DNA of 64,000 bases, from IMG/VR virus record IMGVR_UViG_3300008262_000013. One strand, 5' to 3'. Under the pieces are notes generated by a model. It made no database searches, was not told the DNA's origin, and was given only the letters and a program-made list of their open reading frames with translations. The position numbers were made by a program, and so were the translations under genes. Shown here one piece after another: positions 1 to 10,959 of this stretch. Positions within the stretch are counted from its first letter, which is position 1; the number at the start of each line of letters is the position of its first letter. The stretch comes from a virus. Taxonomy: Duplodnaviria > Caudoviricetes.

Positions 1-1
1 A

Positions 2-3000
2 GCAAACACCGCAAACACCAATGCTGCAACTGCTGATGGTAAAGCAGTAACAGCTGGCAGTTATGCTAATAGTGCTTTTGCAGCTGCCAATAATGCGGTA
101 GATACTTGGGTTAGAGATGCTGCCAATAGTGCATCTAGTTATGCTAATTCAGCATTTGGCGCAGCGAATACATCTGACAGTAAAGCTGTAACAGCTGGCA
201 GTTATGCTAACTCATCATTTACAAAAGCAAATTCTGCTTATGACTTAGCTTCAGCTGTAGCGGCAAATGGTAATTTTATATTGAGTGTTAAAAATGACAC
301 TTTTGTTGGAACGGGTTCTTGTACAACTTTTCAATTATCAACAACTCCTGCAAATGAAGATTATACTTTAATTACTATAGAAGGTGTCACTCAATTAAAA
401 TCTTCTTATAGTTTATCTGCTGCAAATGTTATATTTTCTGAAGCGCCAAAGTTAAGTGATAATATTGATGTATTAGTATTTTCTTCTGATGTTAATCCTT
501 CATTTGGTGCAGCCAACTCAGCAGGACTTTATGCTAATGCTGCCTTTGCTTTAGCTAATGCAGTTTCGAGTGGTTCTGTTGATGCTTATGCCAGACCTCA
601 TGCTAATGCTGCCTTTGATGTAGCTAACAGTGCTTCTGGTTATGCCAATTCAGCATTTGGTGCAGCTAATACTGCAACTACTAATGCGGCCACTGCTGAC
701 AGCAAAGCTGTAACAGCGGGTAGTTATGCCAACTCAGCATTTAATACTGCGAATAATAACGTATCAAATACTGGCGGCACAATCTCTGGCGATTTAAGTA
801 TTACTGGCAATTTAACAGTATTTGGCAATGCAACCTCAATTGCAGTCTCTAGTATAAAAATAGATGATTCTTTAATTCAGTTAGCTGCTAATAATGAATC
901 TGATGCAATTGATATCGGGTTTTTTGGACATTATAGTACTGATGCTGGAGTAACTCAGAAACATACTGGTTTATTCCGTGATGCTACCGATGGTCGTTAT
1001 TATTTGTTTTACAATTACGAAGATGCCAGTTTCGATACACTAACACCGAATAATGTAATTGATGTTGCTAATTCTACTTTTAGAGTTGCCAATTTAACTG
1101 CGAATATTGTTACGGATGTAATATCAATTCGTGGATATGATCCAATTAATTATACTAATTCTGCTTTTAATGCAGCAAATACAGCAGATAGTAAAGCAGT
1201 ATCAGCTGGTAGTTATTCTAACGCAGCATTTGAGGCAGCTAATAGTTCTTCTGGTTATGCTAATTCAGCTTATGGCCAAGCAAACACTGCCACAACTAAT
1301 GCTGCGACTGCTGATGGTAAAGCTGTAACAGCTGGCATTTATGCTAATGCTGCGTTTGCTTTAGCTAATACAATCTCAAGTGGTTCAGTTGACAACTATG
1401 CTAGACCACATGCTAATGCTGCATTTGAGGTAGCTAATTCAGCTTCCAGTTATGCTAACGGTGCATTTGGTGTGGCTAATACAGCAGATAGTAAAGCCGT
1501 AAGTGCGGGACTTTATGCTAATGCAGCATTTGGTACTGCTAATTCAGCTTCAAGTTATGCTAACTCAGCATTTGGTACTGCTAATACGGCAGATGCTAAC
1601 GCTGGAACTGCTGATAGTAAAGCTGTAACAGCTGGTAACTATGCTAACTCTGCATTTAGTGTTGCTAATACGTCAGACAGTAAAGCTGTAACAGCTGGCA
1701 GTTATGCTAATGCAGCCTTTGCTTTAGCTAATACAGTTTCAAGTGGTTCAGTTGACAACTATGCTAGACCACATGCTAATGCAGCATTTGAGGTAGCTAA
1801 CAGTGCTTCTGGTTATGCTAACTCAGCTTATGGTCAAGCTAATACATCAGACAGTAAAGCAACGAGTGCTGGCAGTTATGCTAACTCAGCTTATGGTCAG
1901 GCTAATACAGCTACTACCAATGCTGCGACTGCTGATCAGAAAGCAGTTACTTCGGGTTCTTATGCTAATTCTGCATTTGATACTGCTAATACAGCCACAA
2001 CTAATGCTTCTAATGCCAACAGTAATGCTTTAATTGCTGGATCGTATGCTAACTCAGCATTTGCTGCTGCTAACAATGCTACAGACACATGGGTAAGAAA
2101 TGCTGCTAATGCAGCTTCCAGTTATGCCAATTCAGCATTTGGTACTGCAAATACATCGGATTCTAAGTCTCAATCCGCAAGTTTGTATGCTAATGCTGCT
2201 TTTGCTTTAGCTAATACACTATCTTCAGGTAATGTAGATCAGTATGCTAGAGACCTATCTAATGCAGCATCATTACATTCAAATACCGCATTTAATTTTG
2301 CAAATACTTTAATAGGAACTGGAACATCAATAGTTGGTTATGTAGATGAGTTTTTGGGCGATGGAGCTTGTACAGAATTTACACTAATAAACACTCCTAA
2401 TAGTGAGAATTTAACTTTAATAAGCATTTCCGGATTAGTTCAGTCTAAAAACAATTATTCGTTAACGGGTAATGTAATAACATTTAGTACAGCACCTCCA
2501 TTAAATTCCAAAATTGAAATTAATACTTTCTCTGGCGGCGGCGCAGGATTAAGTTTTGATGCTGCTAATTCAGCTGGTTTATATGCTAATGCAGCTTTTG
2601 CTTTAGCTAACACAGTTTCAAGTGGCTCAGTTGATAATTATGCTAGACCTAATTCTAATGCTGCATTTGAAGCAGCTAATAGTGGATCAAGTTATGCTAA
2701 CTCAGCTTATGGTCAAGCTAATACAGCTACTACAAATGCTGCAACTGCTGATGGTAAAGCTGTAACAGCTGGCAGTTATGCTAATAGTGCTTATGGTCAA
2801 GCTAATACAGCTACTACAAATGCTGCTACTGCTGACAGTAAAGCAGTAACAGCTGGCGATTATGCTAATTCGGCATTTGGTGTAGCAAATACAAAATATT
2901 CTTCTTCTGGTGGCACTGTTTCTGGCGATGTAATCATTACTGGTAACTTAACCGTAAGTGGAACTAGAACGATAGTAGATACAGAAATTGTAACTATAGC

Positions 3001-5791
3001 TGATAATTTAATTGATCTTAACAGTAATTTTACAACAGGAACACCCACTGAAAATGGTGGCATAAGAGTAATTCGTGGAGATGAAGTACCTGTACAATTA
3101 AGATGGAATGAAAGTGCAAAATATTGGCAGTTCAGTAATGATGGTGCCTCTTTTATTAATATTTCTTCACAGTCAGCAGAAAGTTATTCTAATGCTGCAT
3201 TTAGTGTTGCCAACTCATCATCCAGTTATGCTAACTCAGCATTTGCTGCTGCTAACAATGCTACAGACACATGGGTAAGAAATGCTGCTAATGCAGCTTC
3301 CAGTTATGCCAATTCAGCATTTGGTACTGCAAATAGCGCAACTACTAATGCTGCAACTGCTGATGGTAAAGCTGTAACAGCTGGCAGTTATGCTAACTCA
3401 GCATTTGGTGCTGCCAATACGTCAGATTCAAAAGCTTTAAGTGCAGGACTTTATGCTAATGCTGCCTTTGATTTAGCTAACACAATTTCTAGTGGTTCAG
3501 TTGATAACTACGCTAGACCTCATGCTAATGCTGCATATAATACTGCTAACAGTGCTTCCAGTTATGCTAATTCTGCATTTGATACTGCTAATACAGTAGA
3601 TAGTAAAGTAGTAACATCTGGCAGTTATGCTAATGGAGCTTATACTCAAGCAAATACCGCAACTACAAATGCTGCAACTGCTGATGGTAAAGCTGTAACA
3701 GCAGGATCTTATGCTAACTCAGCTTATACTCAAGCTAATACCGCAACTACTAATGCTGCAACTGCTGATGGTAAAGCAGTAACAGCTGGCAGTTATGCTA
3801 ATGCTGCATTTGCTTTAGCTAATACAATCTCAAGTGGATCAATTGATAGCTATGCCAGACCTCATGCTAATGCTGCTTTTGAGGTAGCTAATAGTGCTTC
3901 TGGTTATGCTAATGCTGCATTTGCTTTAGCTAACACAATTTCAAGTGGCTCAGTTGACAATTATGCTAGACCTCATGCTAATGCAGCTTTTGAGGTAGCT
4001 AATAGTGCTTCCAGTTATGCTAATGCAGCATTTGATACTGCTAATACGGCAGATAGTAAATCAGTAACATCTGGTAACTATGCTAATGGAGCTTATACTC
4101 AAGCAAATACAGCCACAACTAATGCTGCAACTGCCGATTCTAAAGCAGTAACATCTGGATCGTATGCTAATAGTGCTTTTGGTACTGCTAATACAGCCAC
4201 AACTAATGCTGCAACTGCTGATGGTAAAGCAGTATCAGCTGGCAGTTATGCTAACTCAGCATTTGGTACTGCTAATACAGCCACAACTAATGCTGCAACT
4301 GCTGATGGTAAAGCAGTATCAGCTGGCAGTTATGCTAACTCAGCATTTGGTACTGCTAATACATCGGACAGTAAAGCAGTAACATCTGGATCGTATGCTA
4401 ATAGTGCTTTTGGTACTGCTAATACAGCCACAACTAATGCTGCAACTGCCGATTCTAAAGCTGTAACAGCTGGCAGTTATGCTAACTCAGCATTTGGTAC
4501 TGCTAACAATAAATTAAATTCTTCTGGTGGTACAATTTCTGGTGATTTAACTGTTAATGGAAATATTAGTGTAACAGGTTGTACAACGACATTAACAGTC
4601 AATACATTAAGAACTTCAGATCATATTATCGATTTAGGATTTGGCACTGTAGGAGTTCCTACACAAAATGCAGGTATAAGAATACTTCGTGGTGATGAAA
4701 ATCCTGTGCAATTGAGATGGGTTGAAGATGACAATTCATGGGAATTTACCAACGATGGTGCAAATTATTTAAAAATAGGTGCTCAATCTGGTGAAATTTA
4801 TGCTAATTTAGCATTTACTGCTGCTAATACACCAAGTCATGTAGCTAATTCTGCATCAAGTTATGCTAATGCATCTTTCATACATGCTAATGCAGCTTTT
4901 GCTGTTGCTAACTCCGGTGGAGGTGCTGGTACAGACTCTTACGCAAGAGACACCGCAAACTCAGCTAGTGTGTATGCTAATGCAGCCTTTGCTGCAGCAA
5001 ATACAGGAGGTGGTGGAGGCGGAGGTACAGGTCAATATGCATCTACGATGAAAGTGGACTCATTCACTGGAACTGGTGCCTGTACACAATTTACACTGAC
5101 ACAAGAACCAAGTGGTGAAGATTATACAATTGTTTCTTTGAACGGTATTTTACAACACAAGTCAGCATACTCTTTATCGGGTTCTATTGTAACATTCTCT
5201 GAAGCTCCAGAAAATAATATTGCTATTGATATTGTTTCGTTAGTAAATAAAGTTGCTGGCGGCTCTTCGGAAATTGTTGTTGATAACTTTACTGGCACGG
5301 GTGCATGTACACAATTTACATTAACTACCACACCGGCAAATGAGAATTTTGTTACCGCAGTGTTTGATGGTGTAACGCAATCCAGATTAACATACTCTGT
5401 AAGTGGTACAACAATTACCTTCGATGAAGCACCACCCAATACTGCAAATATTGAAATTACCACTATTAAGAATATCTTTGGTACGTTCATAAATAGAAAT
5501 TACCTTGGAGATGGTTCAAATACAAACTTTACTGTTACGAGTGGCGTTTCAGCAAATAGTGTTCTTGTGTTCCAAAATGGTATCGCACAAAGACCTATTA
5601 CTGATTATACTGTAAGTGGAAGCACACTATCATTCTCAACGGCACCAACGAATGGTGAAATTGTACAAGTGCGAGAACTTGTAGGTGATCCTGGTGGTTC
5701 AACAGTTCTTGCACAAGCGGCTTTTGATAAAGCAAATACGGCAGCAACAACAGGTAAATCTATTGCAATGGCGATAGTATTCGGAGGATAA
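2..5791 (+). CDS. Very long repeat-rich tail fibre/structural protein (5' end lies before the window)
   Basis: The frame of the 281..5791 ORF is open back to base 2. It has Ala/Asn/Ser/Thr heptad repeats, three 'GDL-x-V-x-GNLTV' modules and several 'G-x-GACT-x-FTL' modules, and lies just upstream of the neck genes. Confidence 0.75.
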   Translation, partial: ANTANTNAATADGKAVTAGSYANSAFAAANNAVDTWVRDAANSASSYANSAFGAANTSDSKAVTAGSYANSSFTKANSAYDLASAVAANGNFILSVKNDTFVGTGSCTTFQLSTTPANEDYTLITIEGVTQLKSSYSLSAANVIFSEAPKLSDNIDVLVFSSDVNPSFGAANSAGLYANAAFALANAVSSGSVDAYARPHANAAFDVANSASGYANSAFGAANTATTNAATADSKAVTAGSYANSAFNTANNNVSNTGGTISGDLSITGNLTVFGNATSIAVSSIKIDDSLIQLAANNESDAIDIGFFGHYSTDAGVTQKHTGLFRDATDGRYYLFYNYEDASFDTLTPNNVIDVANSTFRVANLTANIVTDVISIRGYDPINYTNSAFNAANTADSKAVSAGSYSNAAFEAANSSSGYANSAYGQANTATTNAATADGKAVTAGIYANAAFALANTISSGSVDNYARPHANAAFEVANSASSYANGAFGVANTADSKAVSAGLYANAAFGTANSASSYANSAFGTANTADANAGTADSKAVTAGNYANSAFSVANTSDSKAVTAGSYANAAFALANTVSSGSVDNYARPHANAAFEVANSASGYANSAYGQANTSDSKATSAGSYANSAYGQANTATTNAATADQKAVTSGSYANSAFDTANTATTNASNANSNALIAGSYANSAFAAANNATDTWVRNAANAASSYANSAFGTANTSDSKSQSASLYANAAFALANTLSSGNVDQYARDLSNAASLHSNTAFNFANTLIGTGTSIVGYVDEFLGDGACTEFTLINTPNSENLTLISISGLVQSKNNYSLTGNVITFSTAPPLNSKIEINTFSGGGAGLSFDAANSAGLYANAAFALANTVSSGSVDNYARPNSNAAFEAANSGSSYANSAYGQANTATTNAATADGKAVTAGSYANSAYGQANTATTNAATADSKAVTAGDYANSAFGVANTKYSSSGGTVSGDVIITGNLTVSGTRTIVDTEIVTIADNLIDLNSNFTTGTPTENGGIRVIRGDEVPVQLRWNESAKYWQFSNDGASFINISSQSAESYSNAAFSVANSSSSYANSAFAAANNATDTWVRNAANAASSYANSAFGTANSATTNAATADGKAVTAGSYANSAFGAANTSDSKALSAGLYANAAFDLANTISSGSVDNYARPHANAAYNTANSASSYANSAFDTANTVDSKVVTSGSYANGAYTQANTATTNAATADGKAVTAGSYANSAYTQANTATTNAATADGKAVTAGSYANAAFALANTISSGSIDSYARPHANAAFEVANSASGYANAAFALANTISSGSVDNYARPHANAAFEVANSASSYANAAFDTANTADSKSVTSGNYANGAYTQANTATTNAATADSKAVTSGSYANSAFGTANTATTNAATADGKAVSAGSYANSAFGTANTATTNAATADGKAVSAGSYANSAFGTANTSDSKAVTSGSYANSAFGTANTATTNAATADSKAVTAGSYANSAFGTANNKLNSSGGTISGDLTVNGNISVTGCTTTLTVNTLRTSDHIIDLGFGTVGVPTQNAGIRILRGDENPVQLRWVEDDNSWEFTNDGANYLKIGAQSGEIYANLAFTAANTPSHVANSASSYANASFIHANAAFAVANSGGGAGTDSYARDTANSASVYANAAFAAANTGGGGGGGTGQYASTMKVDSFTGTGACTQFTLTQEPSGEDYTIVSLNGILQHKSAYSLSGSIVTFSEAPENNIAIDIVSLVNKVAGGSSEIVVDNFTGTGACTQFTLTTTPANENFVTAVFDGVTQSRLTYSVSGTTITFDEAPPNTANIEITTIKNIFGTFINRNYLGDGSNTNFTVTSGVSANSVLVFQNGIAQRPITDYTVSGSTLSFSTAPTNGEIVQVRELVGDPGGSTVLAQAAFDKANTAATTGKSIAMAIVFGG
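2045..3335 (+). repeat. 109-bp identical direct repeat pair (2045-2153 and 3227-3335) inside the fibre gene
   Basis: tatgctaactcagcatttgctgctgctaacaatgctacagacacatgg...ggtactgcaaata occurs at both positions. Confidence 0.85.
4178..4363 (+). repeat. 84-bp (28-aa) tandem repeat, two copies plus a partial
   Basis: tttggtactgctaataca recurs at 4178, 4262 and 4346. Confidence 0.85.
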
Positions 5792-5795
5792 TTAA

Positions 5796-6983
5796 ATGGC
5801 AGCACCAAATATAGTTAATGTAAGTCAAATAACAGCGAATACAAATTTAGCAAATGTTACCACAGTTGTATCAAACGTGGTGACGAATTCTGCAAGTAGT
5901 GGTAAAGTATATAAAGTAAATAACATACAACTTGCAAATTATAGTGCTGCAACAGTTACAGCCAACGTAATTTTTAATAGAAATTCTGCTTCACCAACAT
6001 CTTATTATATTGCTGGATCTATTTCAATACCTGCTACTTCTACTTTAGTTGTTGTAGCAAAAGATACTTCATTTTATATGGAAGAAAGTGATGTTTTACA
6101 ATTGTCTAGTACAGGTATTTTATCTAGTAGTATCGAATCACAGTACTTAAAGAGTTCTGGTAAATGGCCAGGATTAACAACAACAGTTAATTTCTTAGTC
6201 GTTGCTGGTGGTGGCGGAGGATCAGAAGATAATACAGGTGGAGGTGGAGGAGGAGCAGGAGGATATAGAACTGATACTACAGAACTCGGAACCGGAACAT
6301 ATACAATTACTATTGGTGCTGGCGGTAGTGGAGGAAGCACGGATGGTGCTAGAGGAGCCAATGGATCAGTTTCTCAAATAACAAATGGAACATACACAAT
6401 GACTTCTACTGGAGGTGGCGGTGGAGGTTCACAAACACTTAATGGTTTTCCTGGTGGGTCTGGAGGTGGAGCATCTAGAGCATTACTTGGTGCTGCCGGC
6501 AATTTAGGAGGATACACTCCACCCGAAGGACAAAGAGGTGGTAGAGGTATAGATGGTACTCCATACGCCGGCGGCGGTGGCGGTGGTGCTGGTGTTGCTG
6601 GCGCTAATGCCTCTGTAACTGGTGGAGGTTCTGGAGGCACAGGAAATACTTGGCTTAATGGAGTAGTTTATGCAGGAGGCGGCGGAGGAGGTTCCCGTGT
6701 AGCTGGAACAGCAGGAGCGGGCGGAAGTGGCGGCGGCGGCAACGGATCAAACACACATACTGCGCCGGGAGCTTCTGGAACAGCAAACAGAGGAGGTGGT
6801 GGTGGAGGAGGAGGTTATAACAGCGGTACGAGTGATGGTGGTGCCGGCGGATCAGGTGTTGTTATATTAAGATTTCCAACCGCTTCTGCAAACGCTACTT
6901 CTACTGGAGGATCACCAACATATACTGAAAGTGATGGATATAGATATTTTACTTTCACAGCTTCAGGTTCAATTACATTCTAA
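5796..6983 (+). CDS. Glycine-rich virion structural/fibre-associated protein
   Basis: N-terminal beta-rich module followed by a GGGGG-rich C-terminal domain ending 'TFTASGSITF'. Confidence 0.65.
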   Translation: MAAPNIVNVSQITANTNLANVTTVVSNVVTNSASSGKVYKVNNIQLANYSAATVTANVIFNRNSASPTSYYIAGSISIPATSTLVVVAKDTSFYMEESDVLQLSSTGILSSSIESQYLKSSGKWPGLTTTVNFLVVAGGGGGSEDNTGGGGGGAGGYRTDTTELGTGTYTITIGAGGSGGSTDGARGANGSVSQITNGTYTMTSTGGGGGGSQTLNGFPGGSGGGASRALLGAAGNLGGYTPPEGQRGGRGIDGTPYAGGGGGGAGVAGANASVTGGGSGGTGNTWLNGVVYAGGGGGGSRVAGTAGAGGSGGGGNGSNTHTAPGASGTANRGGGGGGGGYNSGTSDGGAGGSGVVILRFPTASANATSTGGSPTYTESDGYRYFTFTASGSITF

Positions 6984-7005
6984 CATTCGTTAAAACCTTA
7001 GATGG

Positions 7006-7013
7006 CATAAATA
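7006..7013 (+). promoter_or_regulatory. T4-type late promoter (CATAAATA)
   Basis: One mismatch to TATAAATA, upstream of gp13. gp55 is encoded in the window. Confidence 0.65.
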
Positions 7014-7032
7014 CTCTGTAAAAGGAGAATTT

Positions 7033-7989
7033 ATGGCATCCCCATCAACTAGAGCACAATTCAAAGATTACTGTTTACGTCAACTTGGTTGGCCAGTCAT
7101 TAATATTAATGTTGATGACGATCAAGTAGAAGATAGAATTGATGATGCACTTCAATTTTTTTATGATTACCATTTTGATGGTTGTGAAAAACTGTACATG
7201 AAACATCAATTTACGCAAGAAGATATTGATCGCCGTTGGATATATTGTCCTGATGCCGTAATATCTGTTACTGGTGTTCTTCCTTTTGATGGTTCCAATT
7301 CTTCAATTAATATGTTCGATCTAAGATATCAACTTAGATTACACGATCTCTATGATTTTACCTCTGTGTCTTATGTTTCATATGAGATTACTATGCAACA
7401 TATTCGCACACTAAATCTTTTATTCTCAGGCACTCCTCAATTTAGATTTAATCGACACATGAATAGAATCATGTTAGATATTAATTGGGAGAGTGATGCT
7501 AAAGTTGGTGAGTATGTAATCATTGAATGTTATCGTAAAATGGATCCAGATACGGTTACATTAACAGGCACACTAACTGGAAATACATCATCAAATACTG
7601 TAATTGGAACAAGCACAAAGTTTGACCAAGAAGTAATTGAGAATGACTTTATTACATTGTCTGATGGACAACAAGTTCAAATAAGAAAAATAAATTCACC
7701 AACAAATATTGATTTAAGTAAACCTCCTACAGCAAATGTTTCCGGAGTATCTGCAACAAAAGCTGGAGTTTCAGACGTTTGGAACGATAGATTTTTAAAA
7801 CAATATGCCACCGCCAAGATTAAACAACAGTGGGGAAGTAATATGAAAAAGTTTGGTGGCATACAAATGCCTGGTGGTGTCACATTAAATGGAAAAGAAA
7901 TTTACGATGAGGCTGTTGCAGAGATTGATAAAATTGAAGCAGAGATGCAGCAATACAACGTATTACCAAATGACTTTATGATGGGTTAA
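7033..7989 (+). CDS. gp13: Neck protein gp13
   Basis: 'LRQLGWPVININVDDDQVEDRIDDALQFF' and 'GGVTLNG' motifs; position. Confidence 0.9.
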   Translation: MASPSTRAQFKDYCLRQLGWPVININVDDDQVEDRIDDALQFFYDYHFDGCEKLYMKHQFTQEDIDRRWIYCPDAVISVTGVLPFDGSNSSINMFDLRYQLRLHDLYDFTSVSYVSYEITMQHIRTLNLLFSGTPQFRFNRHMNRIMLDINWESDAKVGEYVIIECYRKMDPDTVTLTGTLTGNTSSNTVIGTSTKFDQEVIENDFITLSDGQQVQIRKINSPTNIDLSKPPTANVSGVSATKAGVSDVWNDRFLKQYATAKIKQQWGSNMKKFGGIQMPGGVTLNGKEIYDEAVAEIDKIEAEMQQYNVLPNDFMMG

Positions 7990-7991
7990 AC

Positions 7992-8948
7992 GTGGCTACA
8001 AATTTTTATTTTCAACCATTTCCTCAGGATCAAATAACCAATGAACAACTTTTAGTTGAAGATTTGGTGATTGAAGCTCTTGGTATATACGGCATGGATG
8101 TTTATTATATGCCAAGAACTTCTAGAGATCCTAATGGTATTGATAAATTATTTGGTGAAGATACACTAAAACAATATGTCTCTGCACATCCGTTAGAAAT
8201 ATATCTCGAAAACATTACTGGTATGGATGGAGAGGGAGACTTTGCATCAAAATTTGGTTTGCAGATACAGGATGAAGCTACAGTATTAGTTTCTCGCCGC
8301 AGATTTAAATACGCTGTTGGTTCAAGCAATTTTAATCGTCCAAGAATTGGTGATATTGTTGCTACCGAAAACCAAGCACCAACAAGACCGAGAGAAGGTG
8401 ATTTAATTTATATGCCTTTATTAAAGTCTTTCTTTGAAATTACTTTTGTTGAACATGAAGATGATCAAGCTATGTTCTACACCTTAGGTCGTGGACGTGG
8501 TGGTAATGTGTATGTTTATGCAATCAAGATGAAAAAGTTTGTTTTCTCACAAGAAATTATTTCTACAGGCAAACAAGAAATTGATGATAATGCTTTCGAA
8601 TATTATGCAAAAACTCGCCTATCAGTTCCTACTTCGGGAACAGGTACATATGTAAAAGGTGAGATTGTATATCAAGGTGCAAACTTGGCAAACTCAACAG
8701 CACAAGCTATTGTACATACGTGGAATCCAGCAAGATATATTGATGTTGTTCAAGTAAAAGGAAGTTTTGTTTCGGGAACTACATTAAAAGGCAATACAAG
8801 TAATGCAATATGGACGATGGATGAAGCAGCTGATGATATGGTACCATTAGATAATGCATTTGAAGAAATAAATGACAATTATGGAATCGAAACCGAATCG
8901 GATTCTATTATTGATTTTACTGAAGTCAACCCATTCGGAGAACCTTGA
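7992..8948 (+). CDS. gp14: Neck protein gp14 (GTG start)
   Basis: 'EQLLVEDLVIEALGIYGMDVYYMPR', 'SKFGL', 'PREGDLIY', C-terminal 'DFTEVNPFGE'. Confidence 0.9.
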   Translation: MATNFYFQPFPQDQITNEQLLVEDLVIEALGIYGMDVYYMPRTSRDPNGIDKLFGEDTLKQYVSAHPLEIYLENITGMDGEGDFASKFGLQIQDEATVLVSRRRFKYAVGSSNFNRPRIGDIVATENQAPTRPREGDLIYMPLLKSFFEITFVEHEDDQAMFYTLGRGRGGNVYVYAIKMKKFVFSQEIISTGKQEIDDNAFEYYAKTRLSVPTSGTGTYVKGEIVYQGANLANSTAQAIVHTWNPARYIDVVQVKGSFVSGTTLKGNTSNAIWTMDEAADDMVPLDNAFEEINDNYGIETESDSIIDFTEVNPFGEP

Positions 8949-9802
8949 TGTTACAGAATCGACATTTTTACCATAGAACAATAAGAAAAGTTGTTGTAGC
9001 TTTTGGTACACTCTTTAATAACATACAATTAATTCGTTACACAAAAGACCTTTCGCAGGAAAAAGAAAGATTTCGTGTACCATTAAGTTATGGATCAAAA
9101 GAAAAATATGTAACAAGACTTTTCTCAGATCCAAATTTAATTAAAAGTGTTGCTATAGTTGTACCTAGAATTTCATTTGAAATGACTGGACTTAGTTATG
9201 ATTCAGGAAGAAAACAAATTTCTTCAATAAGAAATTTTTCTGCAAACAATTCAACAAGACTCAATACACAATTTGTTCCTATACCCTATAACTTCGACTT
9301 TTCAATGTCGATCTTCGTAAGAAATACTGAAGATGGAACACAGATATTGGAACAAATATTACCGTATTTTACACCAGATTTTAATGTTACTGTAGATTTT
9401 ATACCTGGTATGGATCAAAAGTATGATCTACCAATTATTTTAAATTCAGTAAACACAACAACAGAATATGAAGGTGATTTTTTATCAACAAGATATATAA
9501 CTTGGGATTTAGAATTTACAGTAAAAGGATATATTTGGCCATCACTTAATACAGGCAAATACATTCGTCAAGCAAATACAAACATTATTGTATCGCAAGA
9601 TCCTACAAATTACATTGAATCTGCCAATTCTATTGTTTCAGAACTTAAAACAACACCTTCACCGATTACAGCAGAACCAGATGATGAATTTGGATTCTCG
9701 GAAGAATATACAAATCCATTTGAACCCGAATCAATAATTTTACTTACTGAAGATGGGTTTGAATTGGTCACAGAAGATGCAAGATATAAATTAGAGGCTT
9801 AA
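8945..9802 (+). CDS. gp15: Tail sheath stabiliser/terminator gp15
   Basis: 'FYHRTIRKVVVAFGTLFNNI', 'PRISFEM', 'QILEQILPYFTP'. Confidence 0.9.
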   Translation: MMLQNRHFYHRTIRKVVVAFGTLFNNIQLIRYTKDLSQEKERFRVPLSYGSKEKYVTRLFSDPNLIKSVAIVVPRISFEMTGLSYDSGRKQISSIRNFSANNSTRLNTQFVPIPYNFDFSMSIFVRNTEDGTQILEQILPYFTPDFNVTVDFIPGMDQKYDLPIILNSVNTTTEYEGDFLSTRYITWDLEFTVKGYIWPSLNTGKYIRQANTNIIVSQDPTNYIESANSIVSELKTTPSPITAEPDDEFGFSEEYTNPFEPESIILLTEDGFELVTEDARYKLEA

Positions 9803-10959
9803 ATGGCAACCAAAAAATTCTCAGAATTAACAGTACTGGATACTGTAAACGCAAACTTAGTATTAACAGTTATACCTGTTTATGATACTTCTAGTAATAC
9901 AACTAGAAAAGTTACTTTGCAACAAATAAATGATTCAATTGAAGCAAATATTCCTTTTGCTGCAGCGGCATTCACTCAAGCAAATACACCTAGTCATGTT
10001 GCCAACTCAGCGTCAAGTTATGCAAATGCGTCTTTTAGTAAAGCAAATACTCCTAGTGATGTTGCTAACTCCGCATCAAGTTATGCCAATTCGGCATTTG
10101 GTGTTGCGAACACTGCAAATAGTAATGCTATAAGTGCAAGTCAATATGCTAATGCAGCATTTGCTGTCGCAAATAGTGGTATTACCGATTCGTGGGCTAG
10201 AGATACCGCTAATAGTGCAAGTTCTTATGCTAACTCTGCTTATAGTGTTGCTAATACTGCAAATACCAATGTTGTAACAGCTGATCAGAAAGCAGTTACT
10301 TCGGGTGCTTATGCTAATGCTGCATATGGCCAAGCTAATACATCAAACACTTTAGCTCAGCAATCATACGATGCTGCAAACACCAAAGTTAGTAAGTCTG
10401 GTGATACAATGACTGGTGATTTAAAATTTGGTGGTGGTGGCGGAATATTCAATATGCCAACAAATCAAATAGCAATTACAGCAAATGTTGATAATGATGT
10501 TTCTGGTTTTTTTGCTCAAGCAACAGGTATATCAACAGTATATGCAAATACAGATGTTACAATACAAGCAAATACAGGTGGTGCAGTTACATCAGTATGG
10601 ACTTTTAATAGCACAGGTTCATTGACATTTCCTGATAGCACAATTCAAAGTACCGCATTTACCGGTTATGGTATTGATAATGTTGCACGATATACCGCCA
10701 ACTCTGCTGAATCATATGCCAACTCGGCATTTACTCAAGCAAATACTCCAAGTCATGTTGCCAACTCAGCATCAAGTTATGCAAATGGAGCTTTTACTCA
10801 AGCAAATACTCCAAGTCATGTTGCCAACTCAGCTCCAACACTTATGTTGCATCATATGCTGCAATTTGGGACACTTCACCTCCAACAACAATTCAATCTG
10901 CAATAGATCGTCTGGCTAATGCAATTTACATTTTAAATAGTAATACTCCTATACTATGA
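9803..10959 (+). CDS. Repeat-containing fibre-like protein with an apparent frameshift near 10831-10840
   Basis: The ORF-track frame ends in implausible sequence at 10906. An alternative frame continues 'TYVASYAAIWDTSPPTTIQSAIDRLANAIYILNSNTPIL*' to a TGA at 10957-10959 that overlaps the gp16 ATG. Confidence 0.6.

Noticed and set aside
2-4500. Repeats as a CRISPR array or DGR template/variable repeat
   Set aside because: The repeats are in-frame coding units without unique spacers. No cas or reverse transcriptase gene and no adenine-specific mismatch pattern were seen.
2-4500. Resemblance to ice-nucleation protein repeats
   Set aside because: Periodicity is 7-based with Ala at a/d, not the 8/16-residue AGYGST repeat.
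1131-5051. Alternative-frame 'MLxQLLxL' ORFs within the fibre gene
   Set aside because: By-products of the repeated GCT/AAT codons; no RBS or independent features.
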